Positions 26,731-39,370 are shown, counted from the whole stretch's first letter. The stretch is DNA of 59,755 nt, filler included, from Squatina squatina (GCA_031763465.1; 3 parts of 3 records of this genome joined end to end with filler, not necessarily neighbours in it), one strand, 5' to 3'. Translations and numbers: made by a program. The notes: a model not told the origin generated them from the letters alone.

Positions 26731-27475
26731 GTATCTCGGGTGTTTGCTCGTGCCGTCGGGGAGGGTTCAAACTAGAATGGCAGGATGNNNNNNNNNNNNN
26801 NNNNNNNNNNNNNNNNNNNNNNNNNNNNNNNNNNNNNNNNNNNNNNNNNNNNNNNNNNNNNNNNNNNNNNNNNNNNNNNNNNNNNNNTGTCAATTTTAAA
26901 AATAAGTTAAAACAAGTAACTGAATGAGTTATTTGATTCCAATTACTTTCCAGTTATTTTAGTTATTTATCCAGTAACATTATTTATTTTATTGAACATT
27001 ATGGGGCCATTACCCAAATGGCAGATGTGTCAGCTTTAACTCAGTAAATTTAGTTCCATTCTTTTCTCATCTGGATACAATATCCCTCAGCATAAAAATG
27101 TTCAATCTTTTATTTTCGACAAAACCTGCAGTCTCTTTGCATGTTAAAACAGCAGCACACAGCTGCAACAACAGATACTGGCTGCTGGCTATGTTTTATT
27201 GAAGCAATTGCCAGTTTATTTTAAAATCCAAGCTTATCTATTACTTAGATGTGCTGCACACATTTGTTTGGGCAGAAGATATGTCAAACAAATGCCGTGT
27301 TTGCTGCACTGATAGACTTTTCTCGATCTTGGTATTGAAAGTCAAACTTAACCTCATTTGTTTTCACTTGAGGATACTGAATGCCCTGCCATGTGTTATA
27401 AATACAGGGCACAGATTTTTTTGAATGGTATNNNNNNNNNNNNNNNNNNNNNNNNNNNNNNNNNNNNNNNNNNNN

Positions 27476-27487
27476 TTAATTAATTAA
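27476..27487. other. Assembly linker (stop codons in all six frames)
   Basis: TTAATTAATTAA centred in an N run. Confidence 0.9.
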
Positions 27488-29717
27488 NNNNNNNNNNNNN
27501 NNNNNNNNNNNNNNNNNNNNNNNNNNNNNNNCTCTAATTAGCTTTTTTTTTTTAGAAGTGTTGAAATTCAAGCTGATTAGATTTAATTGAACAGTAACGC
27601 TAAAGTTAGGATTCTGCCACTAAAAAAAAGTATAATGTTTATTCTTTAGGAAATACATATGGTGTCAGTAAGACTATAATTAATAAATTGAAAATGGTTC
27701 AAAGGTATGACACCTGTAGATGACATTGGCAAAGGAACATTAAATGACACATTGCAAACGATGGGCGCACACCAGATGATATCAAGTGAGAGTCGAAGCA
27801 AATGAATTGAATTAATCCTCAAATTGAATCAATCCCTCCTCCAGCAAATCAAATTTTCAGCTTCCCCTCCACGCCATGAACAAGTCTGCACACCCTGACA
27901 TGGAGCATGTTTTTGGGCCACATATCCCTCCATCTCCAGCTGGCAGTGTCACACCTCTGTTCCGCCCACTCGCGCAGATTAGTATAATTCACCGCTAGCT
28001 ACAATCTCTCTTACCAACACCTCCTCCTTCTTGTTCCATCCCATCCACTAGTTGCCAATCCTTACCCCTCCCCCTCCCATTGGCTGCAGCTCCCCCTCAC
28101 TGGCTACTCCTACCTCCCATTCATTTCATTTTCTTGCCAGCTTCTATGTTAAGATGCTTCAATTACTGACAAAATTGCCGTGTCCATTATGAATTATTGA
28201 ATGATTTGTGAGTAACACCATTACCAAAACCCACATGCCAAAATACGCCAAAATGCCTCTCAAGAACTCCTCTGTAACTTATGGTAAAAGGAAACGTTTG
28301 AAACTCTGATTCTCAAATCATACAGACGTGAAACAGGATATGCTGTTTAAAATAAATTAGTTTATGCTGAAGTCAAGGCCCTCTAACATGACAGTATGTC
28401 CTGGGTCTAAATCTTAATAAAGATCAATACTCTATTAATATATACAGTACAATATGCAGGTACAATTATTGTAAACTCTGTGCATTGCGATAAGGTCAGC
28501 ACATGTTAANNNNNNNNNNNNNNNNNNNNNNNNNNNNNNNNNNNNNNNNNNNNNNNNNNNNNNNNNNNNNNNNNNNNNNNNNNNNNNNNNNNNNNNNNNN
28601 NNNNNNNNNCAGGAAGGACAGCTAAGCCCAACCCTACCCTCACACAATCTCTACAGGTACACATGGAGGTCAGCTAACTCAGCAGAGATCGGAGATAGAA
28701 CCGAAGACCTTCCTGGTGTATATGGCTCAGTGCCACATCACTGGCTCAATATGTGGTGTAAATAATCATCCTGAGTCTACACTGAAGCAAAGCTGACGAT
28801 ATAGCTGGAGTATATCTGCAAAGGACACCGGAAATCTCTCCGCGAATCACAAGACACCAATCCAATCAAGAACTTCAATATCGTAAACTGAAAGTGTCAA
28901 TTTCAAATAGTTTATGAATGGTAATTGAATCCAAACATTAGACTGGTGCTTTACAATCATCTAATCTGTTATTACTGATAAAATATATATTATATATGAT
29001 GGTAAATTTTCTTTCCAAATTGATTTTCTCACCACAGCCATGCAGTCCAGCTGTCTTTTTTTCCACAGTGGTTTTCTAATACCATTTGAAGATGACAGCN
29101 NNNNNNNNNGACACAATAGAAAATACATTTATGATGTAGGACCTGAAGGTCCTATTGGATTACTAGTAGTCAGAACAAGACCAGTAGATTTGCCAGGTTA
29201 TTTCTTAAACATTACAGTGAATGCAACCATTTCATACATTATACGATTACAGCAGCAGACTCACATACAAACAATGCATGGTATAAGGTAGAGGTGCAAT
29301 CTGCGTAACATTAGTACAGGGTAACTACACAAGGTGAACTTACTGAATCACCTTGATAAGTAGCTGCACGTCACTACTTCAACCACTTTACATAGCTGCT
29401 GCAGTGAGAATTGGTCAGGCTGTGTCATTCATCACTGAACAAGGCTTGTTGAGTTCTTCACTGAATCATGCATTACAAGCATTGAAATGGCCCGAACTAT
29501 TTACCACAAGACAGGTAATGCTTTGTCTCCATCATCCGTTCAACTTTGGGACTATCTTTCATGGTGTAACTGGGGTGCCCAGGACACCTGTGAAAAGCAA
29601 CATAGCAACAACTATGTNNNNNNNNNNNNNNNNNNNNNNNNNNNNNNNNNNNNNNNNNNNNNNNNNNNNNNNNNNNNNNNNNNNNNNNNNNNNNNNNNNN
29701 NNNNNNNNNNNNNNNNN

Positions 29718-30260
29718 CCCTGCTCAGTATACAGTTCTGGTCTCCATATTGCAAAAGGAATATAGAGGCACTGGAGAAGACGCAAAAGAGATTTACAAGA
29801 TGATACCAGAACTGAGATGTTATAACTATCAGGAAACACTGAGCAGACTGGGGATCTTTTCTCTAGAAAACAGAAGGCTGAGGGGTGACCTGATAGAGAT
29901 CTTTAAAAGGACTTTGATAGTGTAGACATAGAGAAGCTGTTTCTACTTATTGGGAAGTCCAAAACTAGGGGACATAAATATAAGATAGTCACTAATAAAT
30001 CCAATAAAGAATTCAGGAGAAACTTTTTTACCTAGAGAGCAGTTAGAATGTGGAACACACTACCGCATGGAGCGTTTGAGGTGAATAGCATAAATGCCTT
30101 TAATGGGATGCTAGATAAGTAAGTGAGGGACAATGCAATAGAAGGATATGCAGATAGGGCTAGATGAAATTGGGTACGAGGAGTCTCATTTGGAGTATAA
30201 ACACTGTCATAAACTAGTTAGGCCAAATGGCCTGTTTCTGTGCTGTAACCTCTATGTAAT
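29718..30260 (+). mobile_element. CR1 LINE 3' end
   Basis: LGIFSLENRRLRGDLIEIFK followed by the aatggcctgtttctgtgctgtaa tail. Confidence 0.85.
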
Positions 30261-30884
30261 GGCTCCAATCAGAAACTGAGTGGAGTGGCTATTATGCCCT
30301 GAAATCCCACTCCTTAGTAACAGATCATAACTTCATATCCTTCAAATCTTTTACTCTCCTAAATACGTTTTACTTGGCTCTTGAACCCATTTACACTATT
30401 GGTTTCAACGGCCTTCTGTCGTAGCTTATTCAGCAACTCTAATTAAGCAGTTTAGATGGACATTGAATAATGGATACTTGAGAGCTACAATCTAATCAAA
30501 TGGTTAGGTGAGATATATATCAATTACTGCATCTCTGGGAATGAGTTGCAGGCTGGAGTCTAATAAAGAGTTGACAATACATAATAAATCAATAGTGTAA
30601 GGCACAATAACCCTGGTGTTATTAATTATAGTATACTGTCAATTTTATGATACAGGATGTTATTCAGTTTAGAGCCTGTTATAATTCCAGTGGNNNNNNN
30701 NNNNNNNNNNNNNNNNNNNNNNNNNNNNNNNNNNNNNNNNNNNNNNNNNNNNNNNNNNNNNNNNNNNNNNNNNNNNNNNNNNNNNNNNNNNNNGGTGCAG
30801 AAAAGATTTACAAGAATCGTTCCAGAGCTGTAAGACTTCAGTTATGTGGATAGACTGGGATTGTTCTCCTTAGATTAGAGTAAG

Positions 30885-31066
30885 TTGACATCTGGGAGTG
30901 AGTTACAGGCTGGATTCTAATCGAGGGGTTCAAGTGGGTAATATATAGAATAATGGACCCCTGGGATTCAGGCTAGAATTTAATCGAGGGGTTTAAATGG
31001 TTTATATACAGAATAATGGAACCTTGGGAATGAGTTACAGGCTGGAGTCTAATCGAGGGGTTCAGA
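30885..31066. repeat. ~65-70-bp satellite, 3 degenerate units; further decayed units near 30470-30575
   Basis: Recurring tgggaRtgagttacaggctggaNtctaatcgaggggtt...tatataNagaataatgg. Confidence 0.85.
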
Positions 31067-31864
31067 CAGATTAATTGACTATTGCATGGAGCACCATTTT
31101 ACTGAACACCTCTATTTGTGCATCACTGCAGTCAGCACCACTGCACCATCCATCGCCGAACCCCGTAGCTTCATTCCACACTAACACAATCTCAAAAAAT
31201 ATTTCTGGAGCAGAATTGCTGTTACGTAATTAACAAGGAGTTAATTGGCTGCCCACTTGTAATTAGGTTTTTGATAAATTCATTCCCGGTCAGTTCCTCA
31301 CTCAATGGAAAGACTGACGTGACCACAAAAGCCTGCGAAGAACAATCAGTCATCCAGCAACAAGACAGCTGGAAGGCTAATGCTGGATGAGCGGGGTAAT
31401 ACATCTTGTTATAGAATGTTGTATTTTTCTTATATACAAATGACACCAGTACTGCTTCATTTATTAAAAAAACACCTCAGACACATGCAGCAGTTGTTGT
31501 TGGCATAAAACACAAGTGCTTTTTTCCCACTCCACTAGATTTCATCTTCACTTTATAAAAGGCATCGAGCTCACCCCAATGAAACCTTTCGTGTGTTGCT
31601 TTGCCTGAAGGGGATCAGTAAATAAAGCTGTGCTGAGACATTAAGGTAGAATGTATTTTCTTACAATTGACCACTGGCCTAGTTCTTGAAGTTTGATTCC
31701 TGAATATTGCTGGCAGTAGCTTAAAGAAGATTAACAACATTTTAATTAGGGATGGATCGCCTGCCAGGTTATTCAAGCAGGCAATTGTAAATACTCACCT
31801 GCTCATTCTCTTTATTGCTCTTTAACATCATGAAACAGCTTTTTGTTTTGCTTACTAACACTTT

Positions 31865-32440
31865 CAGTAGTATCATACAGGAGTATCATTTGGGTCCATC
31901 GCAGTGTTGGTATCATATGTATTGTACAGGTGATAATGGACTGGCAGCATTATGCAAGTGGTATTGTATAGATAGCATGACCCTAGTAGTGTACTGCCAG
32001 TATTACGCTGCAGATGTGCAGGTGGCATTGTATAAGCAGTGTGGCAATGGCAGTACCATACAGGCAATATAATGCAAGTGTTAGTGTATAGGTAGTATCA
32101 TACAGGTCATATGCACAGGCAATATTGTACTCGTGGTATCATACAGGTTGTATTAGACTGACAACATTGTTCAGACAGCATTGTACTGGTGGTGTGGTGC
32201 AGACAGTATTGTACAGATGGTATCATTCAAGCAGTATTGCATAGATGTTATAGTGCAGGTGGCATTGTGCATGTGGTATTGCACAGACACTATTGGGCAG
32301 GTGGTGTTATGATACAGATGGTGTCATACAGACACTGTTGAGCAGGTGGTATGATACAGATGGTGTCCTACAGGCACTATTGGGCAGGTGGTATGGTACA
32401 GATGATATTGTACAGGTAGTTTCTCACAGACAATACAGTA
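31865..32440. repeat. Degenerate tandem repeat (gtggtatcatacag-like subunits, ~39-42-bp higher-order unit at the 3' end)
   Basis: Repeated acactattgggcaggtggtatgatacagatggtgtc...acag. Confidence 0.8.
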
Positions 32441-33946
32441 TATTACACATTTCTGTTCTAATTCATTTTGTTAATTTCTCAAAAACATAATCATAAAGTC
32501 GAATTAAAGACCAGACCATAATTTTCCCGATAACCCAATGGCCCTTTCTGTGGGAACCTCGGTCATCAAAAGGTTCCCTGGGAGTCTGACCACAATCAGA
32601 TCAGCGCTGGGATGCCCCGGTCTACTGGCTGTTTAGAAATTGGTGAAATCTTAAAAGCATATTTAGATACTTCCTAATCCTGTCTGTTTTTGTTCGTTTA
32701 AACCCCTTCAGGTTACTCAAATAGCACCAACAACTGGCCGAACGGAAAAGATAAAAGTACAACTTGCAATTGAAACTGTAGTACAAAAGGAATNNNNNNN
32801 NNNNNNNNNNNNNNNNNNNNNNNNNNNNNNNNNNNNNNNNNNNNNNNNNNNNNNNNNNNNNNNNNNNNNNNNNNNNNNNNNNNNNNNNNNNNNTCTGACA
32901 TCCGCCTGCCCATCTCCGCAGAGTAAAACTGTGCCCTCTGCGGTGTTGTGGATCATAAAGGAGAACCTTATGACTTCTGCGAGCTGCCCATTCTTCTGTC
33001 TGATGGCCATGTTGCTATCTACTCACCAGCACCAGCTCTGATGAATAATCCAAAAAAGGTTCACAGACTAAACTATCAGCCAGTAGTCACCTCTTCCTCA
33101 ATGCTTCTTATCCAGTCAGGTCTCCGCTTCATCCTTAATCTCAATCAAATTTACATTTTACATAAGCATTTCTAAATACCGCCCGAGTTAGCTCAAAGGG
33201 AGGGTTGGGTGCAGGTACCGTATGGAATTGTTCTTTAGAAGGGGCACAAGGCCACTTCACAAGCATACAAGCTTGCAATACGACATGGCAACAAAAATAG
33301 GTTGTTTCACAGTATCTATTCGTAGTGCAATGCACAGAAAGGGGAGCTTTCTTGACAACGTAATTATTCTCATATTACTTCCCCCACCTGCCCAAGGCAA
33401 ATGTGTGAGGGAAGGTGGAAGAGCTGGGCGGACAGACATCCTCAGAGATTTCTACCAATTGACCACAAGATTGGGAATTCACGGCATGGGGAAATTACAG
33501 GTGCCAGCTATCATTCAGCAGGGCAGTAGATTGGTAAAACCAGAAATCTGTACTACCCATCTATGCCAATGTTCGGTTGGGTGGCTGTAAGGAAGTAGAT
33601 AGATGTCAGACAGTCAAATCACTTCTCAAAATGGATGAGGGAGCTTCTATTAAATTAAGACTGTTATCCTTGAAGCAAATTCTTCAAAAAGCAGAGTGGT
33701 TAAAAACCTCTTCACATTCTAAATCCATTTAGTTTCAGTTATGCATGTGGCAGTTAGTCTTCATGCTTTCTGATGCTGTAACATTCCAAAGGTTTGGATG
33801 GAAGGAGAACCTTCCTCTGCTAGATTATGGGTAATGGTGGAGTTGGAACCTTCTGGAATAGCCCATTACCACGGTGGAAGTAACCAGTGAAAAGACTGTG
33901 CCGATTAAATGGTGAAAGAGTCCCATTGCCTTTGTCTCACATCCAA

Positions 33947-34084
33947 TCACTTCCTCAATCTCAAGATGAGGTCCCGCCTACGACGCTCTCCTGCCCAGGA
34001 TTTGCTCTTTTTCCGCAACTTCAACATCTGCTCCTGGAAGTCTTCATGATCCATGGGACAATACTCAGGTGGGTCGCAGTAATT
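33947..34084 (-). CDS. CDC25C: CDC25C last coding exon
   Basis: NYCDPPEYCPMDHEDFQEQMLKLRKKSKSWAGERRRRDLILRLRK*. Acceptor gctgcag, TGA at 33949-33947. The C paralogue is assigned from the EEDR/YCPM residues and adjacency to FAM53C. Confidence 0.93.
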   Translation of the reverse strand, partial: NYCDPPEYCPMDHEDFQEQMLKLRKKSKSWAGERRRRDLILRLRK

Positions 34085-34699
34085 CTGCAGCACAGCAAAA
34101 CGGGAGCAAATTCAAGCAGACAATAGTGTTATAACTTTGGGAGAGACCATAATCTAGAGTCAGTTCATGGTGAGACAGGTCACCAAGACATCATTAATCC
34201 CTGATCAAATCCCTGCCCCATCACCTGGGAAACCTCCCACATGAAAGCAATGGCCTCTCAACGGATGATACATACCATACCATCACCGGTTGCAATGGGC
34301 CTCTCTATAGTCGAGCACGAATCAAAGCCATTTTATTTCCAATTAGAATACTTGGGATCAAGCAGCAGAGCAGCTTCAGTTTCGTGGGCGCTTAGTTTCT
34401 GTAATCATGTTTAAAAAGTCGCAAGAGTAGCAATGCTACCTTAAAAATGTCATTGCTCCTCTCATTCAGAAACATTTGCAGTATTTAGTTACCGATAGGT
34501 ATACATTTTTTGAAATCTCACTTATCAGGTGGAATGGTAAAGATTTCCTCCACAAAGCTGGTTAATGTCAAGCAACACCAACATTCAAAGTTAATTTACT
34601 AGACAATCGGCTGCCTGACGATCAAATGAGGCAGGGTATTCAGTGCACGACAGAAGTGGTTTCTCCATCTTCCCAGGGAAATGACGAGCCATTTCTTAC

Positions 34700-34811
34700 C
34701 GTGAACTGAGGAAAGAAAGCCTTGTACCCTCCTTTCAGGATGTAGAGCTCTGGGTAATACAGATTTGGGTACTCGTTCATACTTCGGTCCTCCTCCCGCA
34801 CCAAGCGACAC
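34700..34811 (-). CDS. CDC25C: CDC25C penultimate coding exon
   Basis: (M)[37 protein letters not shown]. Phase-2 start matches the previous exon, donor gtaaga, 112 nt. Confidence 0.97.
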
Positions 34812-35495
34812 CTTCGAGGAAAAAAAGACCAGGCAGGTCTGTACAGTAGTCATGCAAAGTCTCTCAACTTGTGAATTAAGGTCATTTACTTTTCTGTGGT
34901 GATGGGCTTACTCTCCACCTCTACCTTCCTTAAGATAGCAATTTTGAGGCAGTTATATAGGTGCTGGCAAACCTCCAGTACATAGAATTTTACAGCACAG
35001 AAACAGGCCATTCGACCCAACAGGTACCAACAGTACTTTCCTCAAGAGCCTGGACAGTAAGTTTCATGTACTTTTTGGACTCGAGCCATCGTAACCAAGC
35101 CTGATTCAATCCTCACCCCAAATCCACATACATCCACTTTAGTACTGATGCTACTGAATTGCAAAAAAAAAAAAATCTACTTTTCCCTCTCCTTGACCCA
35201 GGAATAAAAAGTCAGTTGAACCTAGATCATCACTGGTATGTGTGACTAAGAAGCACATTGGCCAGTACAAGGCTCAATAGATTGTGGCAACCAGCCCCTT
35301 GTCGATGACGATAGCTCACCTGGTTCTAGCCTCACTACGCGAGTCAGCCAGTTATCTGTTGAGCTTTGACTTCACTCCTAGGTCCCAGAAAGTAGGAGAC
35401 TGTTCACCACTGTCCCAAGTCACTGTCCCAACCTTCAGCCTATGTTTGATACCTTTTCAATGGAGGAGATTAAGAAAACAATTCATGCAACTCAC

Positions 35496-35629
35496 ATCTT
35501 TGGTCCTCGCTCTGATGAAAATTCACAGTGGAAGATTATAATCAGTCTCTTGTCTTTGGATTTGGGAACAATGGGCTCCTTTAGGAAATGGTTGATAGCG
35601 TCATCTGCTTTGTGAAGGTTCAGGGCACC
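35496..35629 (-). CDS. CDC25C: CDC25C active-site exon
   Basis: [44 protein letters not shown](M) with an intact HCX5R loop. Acceptor tttcctag, donor gtgagt, 134 nt, ends phase 2. Confidence 0.97.
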
Positions 35630-36127
35630 CTAGGAAAGTGGGAGAAGCAGCAAGAATCTCAGCTTGGATAAAGAATTAGTAGGACTAATTCAAAGTAGAA
35701 ACATTATTCCGAGACTGGGACTTCTCTAAAATTTGCAAAGAAGCCAAAAATGCAATTAAAAAAAAAACAAACAACTACTGAAATGCACCCAGGTTAATAA
35801 TTGGACTTCAGCAATTAATTCAGATCGTCGCATGATCGAGTATATTAATTCAAAGTCCTACTTAGGTCAGGAGTTTAAAACCAGATACGCGAGGAAGCAG
35901 ACACTGGCTGCTCACAAGGAAGAACAGATGTCACATTCGATAATAAACCATTTGCTTCACGTAGCAGAGAGGGGGAAGTTTGGAAAAAAAAGGAAGCATT
36001 GATTTACAATTGATGGCAGGTTACCCAACTGCCCTTTCCTCTCTAAGGAATGGTGTAGTGCAGGTAAAGTGGAAGAAAGAACGAACGAACAGAAAATACT
36101 TGATCATTTGTTATCCTCTGCACTTAC

Positions 36128-36226
36128 CTTGATGTGCCCTCCTTCAAACTCGTAAGGGTAGCGGCAGTCAACGATATAGGCTCTTTCTAAAAGGTGGTTA
36201 TATTCTCCATGTAGTACCTTGGCCAT
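36128..36226 (-). CDS. CDC25C: CDC25C catalytic (rhodanese) domain exon
   Basis: MAKVLHGEYNHLLERAYIVDCRYPYEFEGGHIK carries the DCRYPYE.GGHI CH2A motif. Acceptor ttttgtacag, donor gtaagt, 99 nt. Confidence 0.96.
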
Positions 36227-37504
36227 CTGTACAAAAGTCAGCAGATTTTACAAGATGCACCCTTTCTGGTTANNNNNNNNNNCATGGCCCACCAGCTGAC
36301 AGATCCCAGGGACAGGTCTGTAGCATTCATAGATAATGAGGCCAGACCTACTCTGCACCTGACCAATCATTTTTGTTTTTCCCAAAACACAAGCTCGCAT
36401 TCACTGAAGGATGAGAAAGGCAAATCCTGACCGGTGGGTGTGGGGTGGGAAAATGCAATGTTCTATAGTGTTGGCAACTCCATCTCTGTGCCATTGAATC
36501 ACAGTCTAAAATACAATGGTGCTGAGCAAAACAATCTTGATAAAAGAAAACAGCAAAGAGGAATCAACGACACCAATGAATTTGTGTGCATAATAGCATC
36601 AATATATTCTTCCAAAAGTCAGTACAGTGCCATGTGTTGACCAAGAGCTTGAGCGAGTTGTTTTTGATAATGAAGCAGATTGATGGCTTATATTCAAAGG
36701 AATAGCGCTATGCCAAAGTATTGTACCAAGCCATCACTTCTTCAGCAATAAGGTGATGCCAACATCATGGAGCTTGGCCAGAACAGCTGGCAGGGATTCG
36801 GACATGCCCTGTTAGAATCTGGTACTCTGTTGCCAGAAAGGAAATTTATAAAAAGGACTTGCCTCAAGAATCCATGGCCCCAACTCCAGCAAGGTATTTG
36901 AGCAATGTTATTCAGAGTCAATGCCTTTGAGGAGAAGGCAAGGTATATTGACCTGCTCCGAGACCGCCACCAACGCAGTTCTATGGCTGGTCACTCAGAG
37001 CTGCAAAAGAATCCTGGTATCGGCTAGGCTATCTAGGGGAGATCTCATTACCATACCTCCCCTTTTAGAAAGTACAAGCATCACAGACAGCAGGAAACAT
37101 TTATACAACAGTTTTAATGTGGTGAACTATCTCAAGGACTTCAAAGGTTGGCAGCAGACACTAATCGAGAATTGGGAGCAAGCTANNNNNNNNNNNNNNN
37201 NNNNNNNNNNNNNNNNNNNNNNNNNNNNNNNNNNNNNNNNNNNNNNNNNNNNNNNNNNNNNNNNNNNNNNNNNNNNNNNNNNNNNGGAGTAGTTGAGATA
37301 AAGAGCGTTGAATCTAAAATGAAGAGAGAGTAAACATTTGAAGCGGAGGAAGATACACTGCTATGAGGTGAGACCAGGGTAGTGGGATTAGTGTTGGATT
37401 GCTCGAGCAAAGATCCAGCATTTACAAGATGCGTAGAACAGCTTGCTTCTGTGCTATGAATTTCTGTGCTTTGAACTGAGCAAGCAATCAGAAGACTTCT
37501 TTAC

Positions 37505-37693
37505 CATGAACTGGCTCTCCTGCCTCTTCTGAGCCTCATCCTGTGGGGGGCTTCTGAAGCTCTTCTGCCGCTTAGTCTTCACTGGAGTGTCCATTTCCCG
37601 AGATCTCTCCAATCTTTTCAGGAAAGGTCTGTGGAGCTTCTCCGGCATCGAGGGCGACCGAAACAGGCCTGGCCTATTCCTGCGGACTGGCAT
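37505..37693 (-). CDS. CDC25C: CDC25C internal exon (regulatory region, 14-3-3 site and basic NLS)
   Basis: Translates MPVRRNRPGLFRSPSMPEKLHRPFLKRLERSREMDTPVKTKRQKS...QFM. RSPSMP is the CDC25B/C 14-3-3 motif. Acceptor ttctttgttag, donor gtaaag, 189 nt, phase 0/0. Confidence 0.9.
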
Positions 37694-38323
37694 CTAACAA
37701 AGAACCAAAGCAAACAATAATTAAAAGTAGGAGCGATTCTGATGAATACTTAGCATGTCTCCACCTTCCACAGAGTCTTCCCAACGAGGCAGATCTCAGT
37801 CATTCAGCCCAGCTCTCTCCTTCATGCAGCTTGAGCCCTTCTGAATCACGAGATGGCTCTTTCAACTCAGAACTGTTGGAGTTAAACTCCTAGCCTCCTT
37901 TTGATTAGAGATTAATAGTCAAGCACACAGGAGCAGAGCTTCCCAGTGATTGCCCACAAATTATGTTGAAATTATTGGAGTGTCATCAAGGAACAACAGT
38001 TAATTTGTATATGAATGTCGTCACGCATCAGGGAGAGAGCACGGTCATCATTTTGTTGCTACAAAACACAGATGAGCTCATCAAAGGTCTTTAAGAAAAC
38101 AGACCTTCTTAAACCTAATTTCAGCCACCAGTGAGNNNNNNNNNNNNNNNNNNNNNNNNNNNNNNNNNNNNNNNNNNNNNNNNNNNNNNNNNNNNNNNNN
38201 NNNNNNNNNNNNNNNNNNNNNNNNNNNNNNNNNNNCCGGGTGTAATGAACTGAAAAATGTTGCTTAAAATATGAACCAAGTTGTTTTGTTTCCGTCCCTG
38301 CCCCCCCCCCCCACCAACCCAAG

Positions 38324-38491
38324 AAACTATAGGTGTTGGAGCTTCACTCCACAAGCCTGTGACACTCTAACCGAATGCTGTAAGCCAACAGAAATTGAAA
38401 CTGATGAAACTGTGCTGAAGCGGCGACAGAAGCAGATAGATTATGGAAAGAACACCCCTGCCTACCCAAGGTACCAGCAGGAAGTTCCAAA
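38324..38491 (+). CDS. SLBP2: Histone mRNA stem-loop binding protein exon (first half of the RNA-binding domain), probably SLBP2
   Basis: ...[34 protein letters not shown] matches the SLBP RBD (ETDE.VL.RRQKQI.YGKNT..Y.RY..EVP). Phase-2 donor AA|gtaagt. Acceptor after the C-rich tract at 38323, with an in-frame alternative at 38332. Paralogue identity is inferred from synteny. Confidence 0.8.
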
Positions 38492-39009
38492 GTAAGTTTT
38501 TCTAAAGGCATGTTTGGGGTGAGGGAGGTGCTGAGGTTTGGTGTATGACCATCCTACACAATGTCTTCTCCATGGTATGGTGTTGCATTTCAGTTTTGCA
38601 GAGATTTGATGACTAGTCCAGATTACTGGGGCTGATGTGATCAGGACGGTCATGAACATTAGTGCAGGGGACAGAGTTGCATGCTGCAAGTGAGGGAATA
38701 CTAACTCCTGAGTGGAGATTTTGGTAATCTGTATCTTCCTTTCATTCTTACTTTATGTTCTGCAGCACTAGATTCCTCCAACATAATGCCAACTTTTCTC
38801 TGATCTTGCTCTAGATTTGGTTAATTTTCCATGCATTAGATAGTATTCTGAAATTACAGAAGCACTTGTGTTCTAAGATATTGTCTTGCACCTGTATGAA
38901 TTGTGTGAANNNNNNNNNNNNNNNNNNNNNNNNNNNNNNNNNNNNNNNNNNNNNNNNNNNNNNNNNNNNNNNNNNNNNNNNNNNNNNNNNNNNNNNNNNN
39001 NNNNNNNNN

Positions 39010-39370
39010 TTGTGGATCCTGAGGTGGCCGAAAAGTCCGATGTGGGATCCGCAAACACGGCCGCAAGTGGTGTTTGATGAGGCGAGTGGCTGGGATGCTC
39101 GTGTTGCTGCGCGTTCCTTCCACTGCCGACGTTTGGCCTCCACGTGCTCCCGCCGGAGAGACTCAAAGCAGTTGGCGCCTTCATGGATGTTTCGTCTACA
39201 TTGCGGGCAGTCTTGGGCCATGCCTTCCCAGGTGTTGGTGGGGATGTTGCATTTTTTTTCAATGAGGCCTTGAGGACGTCCTTGCAGCGTTTCCTCTGCC
39301 CTCCTCAGACGTTTCCCATGACTGAGTTCCCATGACTGTTTCGGGAGTCTTGAATTAGGCACGTGGCTTA
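39010..39370 (-). mobile_element. RTE-clade (BovB-like) LINE 3' end
   Basis: KASLKKCNIP...WE..AQD...CGRVCGSHIGLFGHLRIH, a C-terminal zinc finger typical of RTE. Confidence 0.8.

Noticed and set aside
27476-27487. Palindromic TTAATTAATTAA as a biological site (also 45498-45509)
   Set aside because: An identical 12-mer centred in N runs is a scaffolding linker.
31799-31876. Minus-strand mini-exon ...MMLKSNKENEQ|gtgagt resembling the CDC25 KEN box
   Set aside because: Lies downstream of the CDC25C stop, has no acceptor, and its upstream part runs into a tandem repeat.
1-33000. GFRA3-like exons expected from mammalian synteny
   Set aside because: No Cys-rich GFRA domain or convincing signal-peptide exon was found by eye. 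The hydrophobic stretch near 1289-1350 (minus) lacks an ATG.
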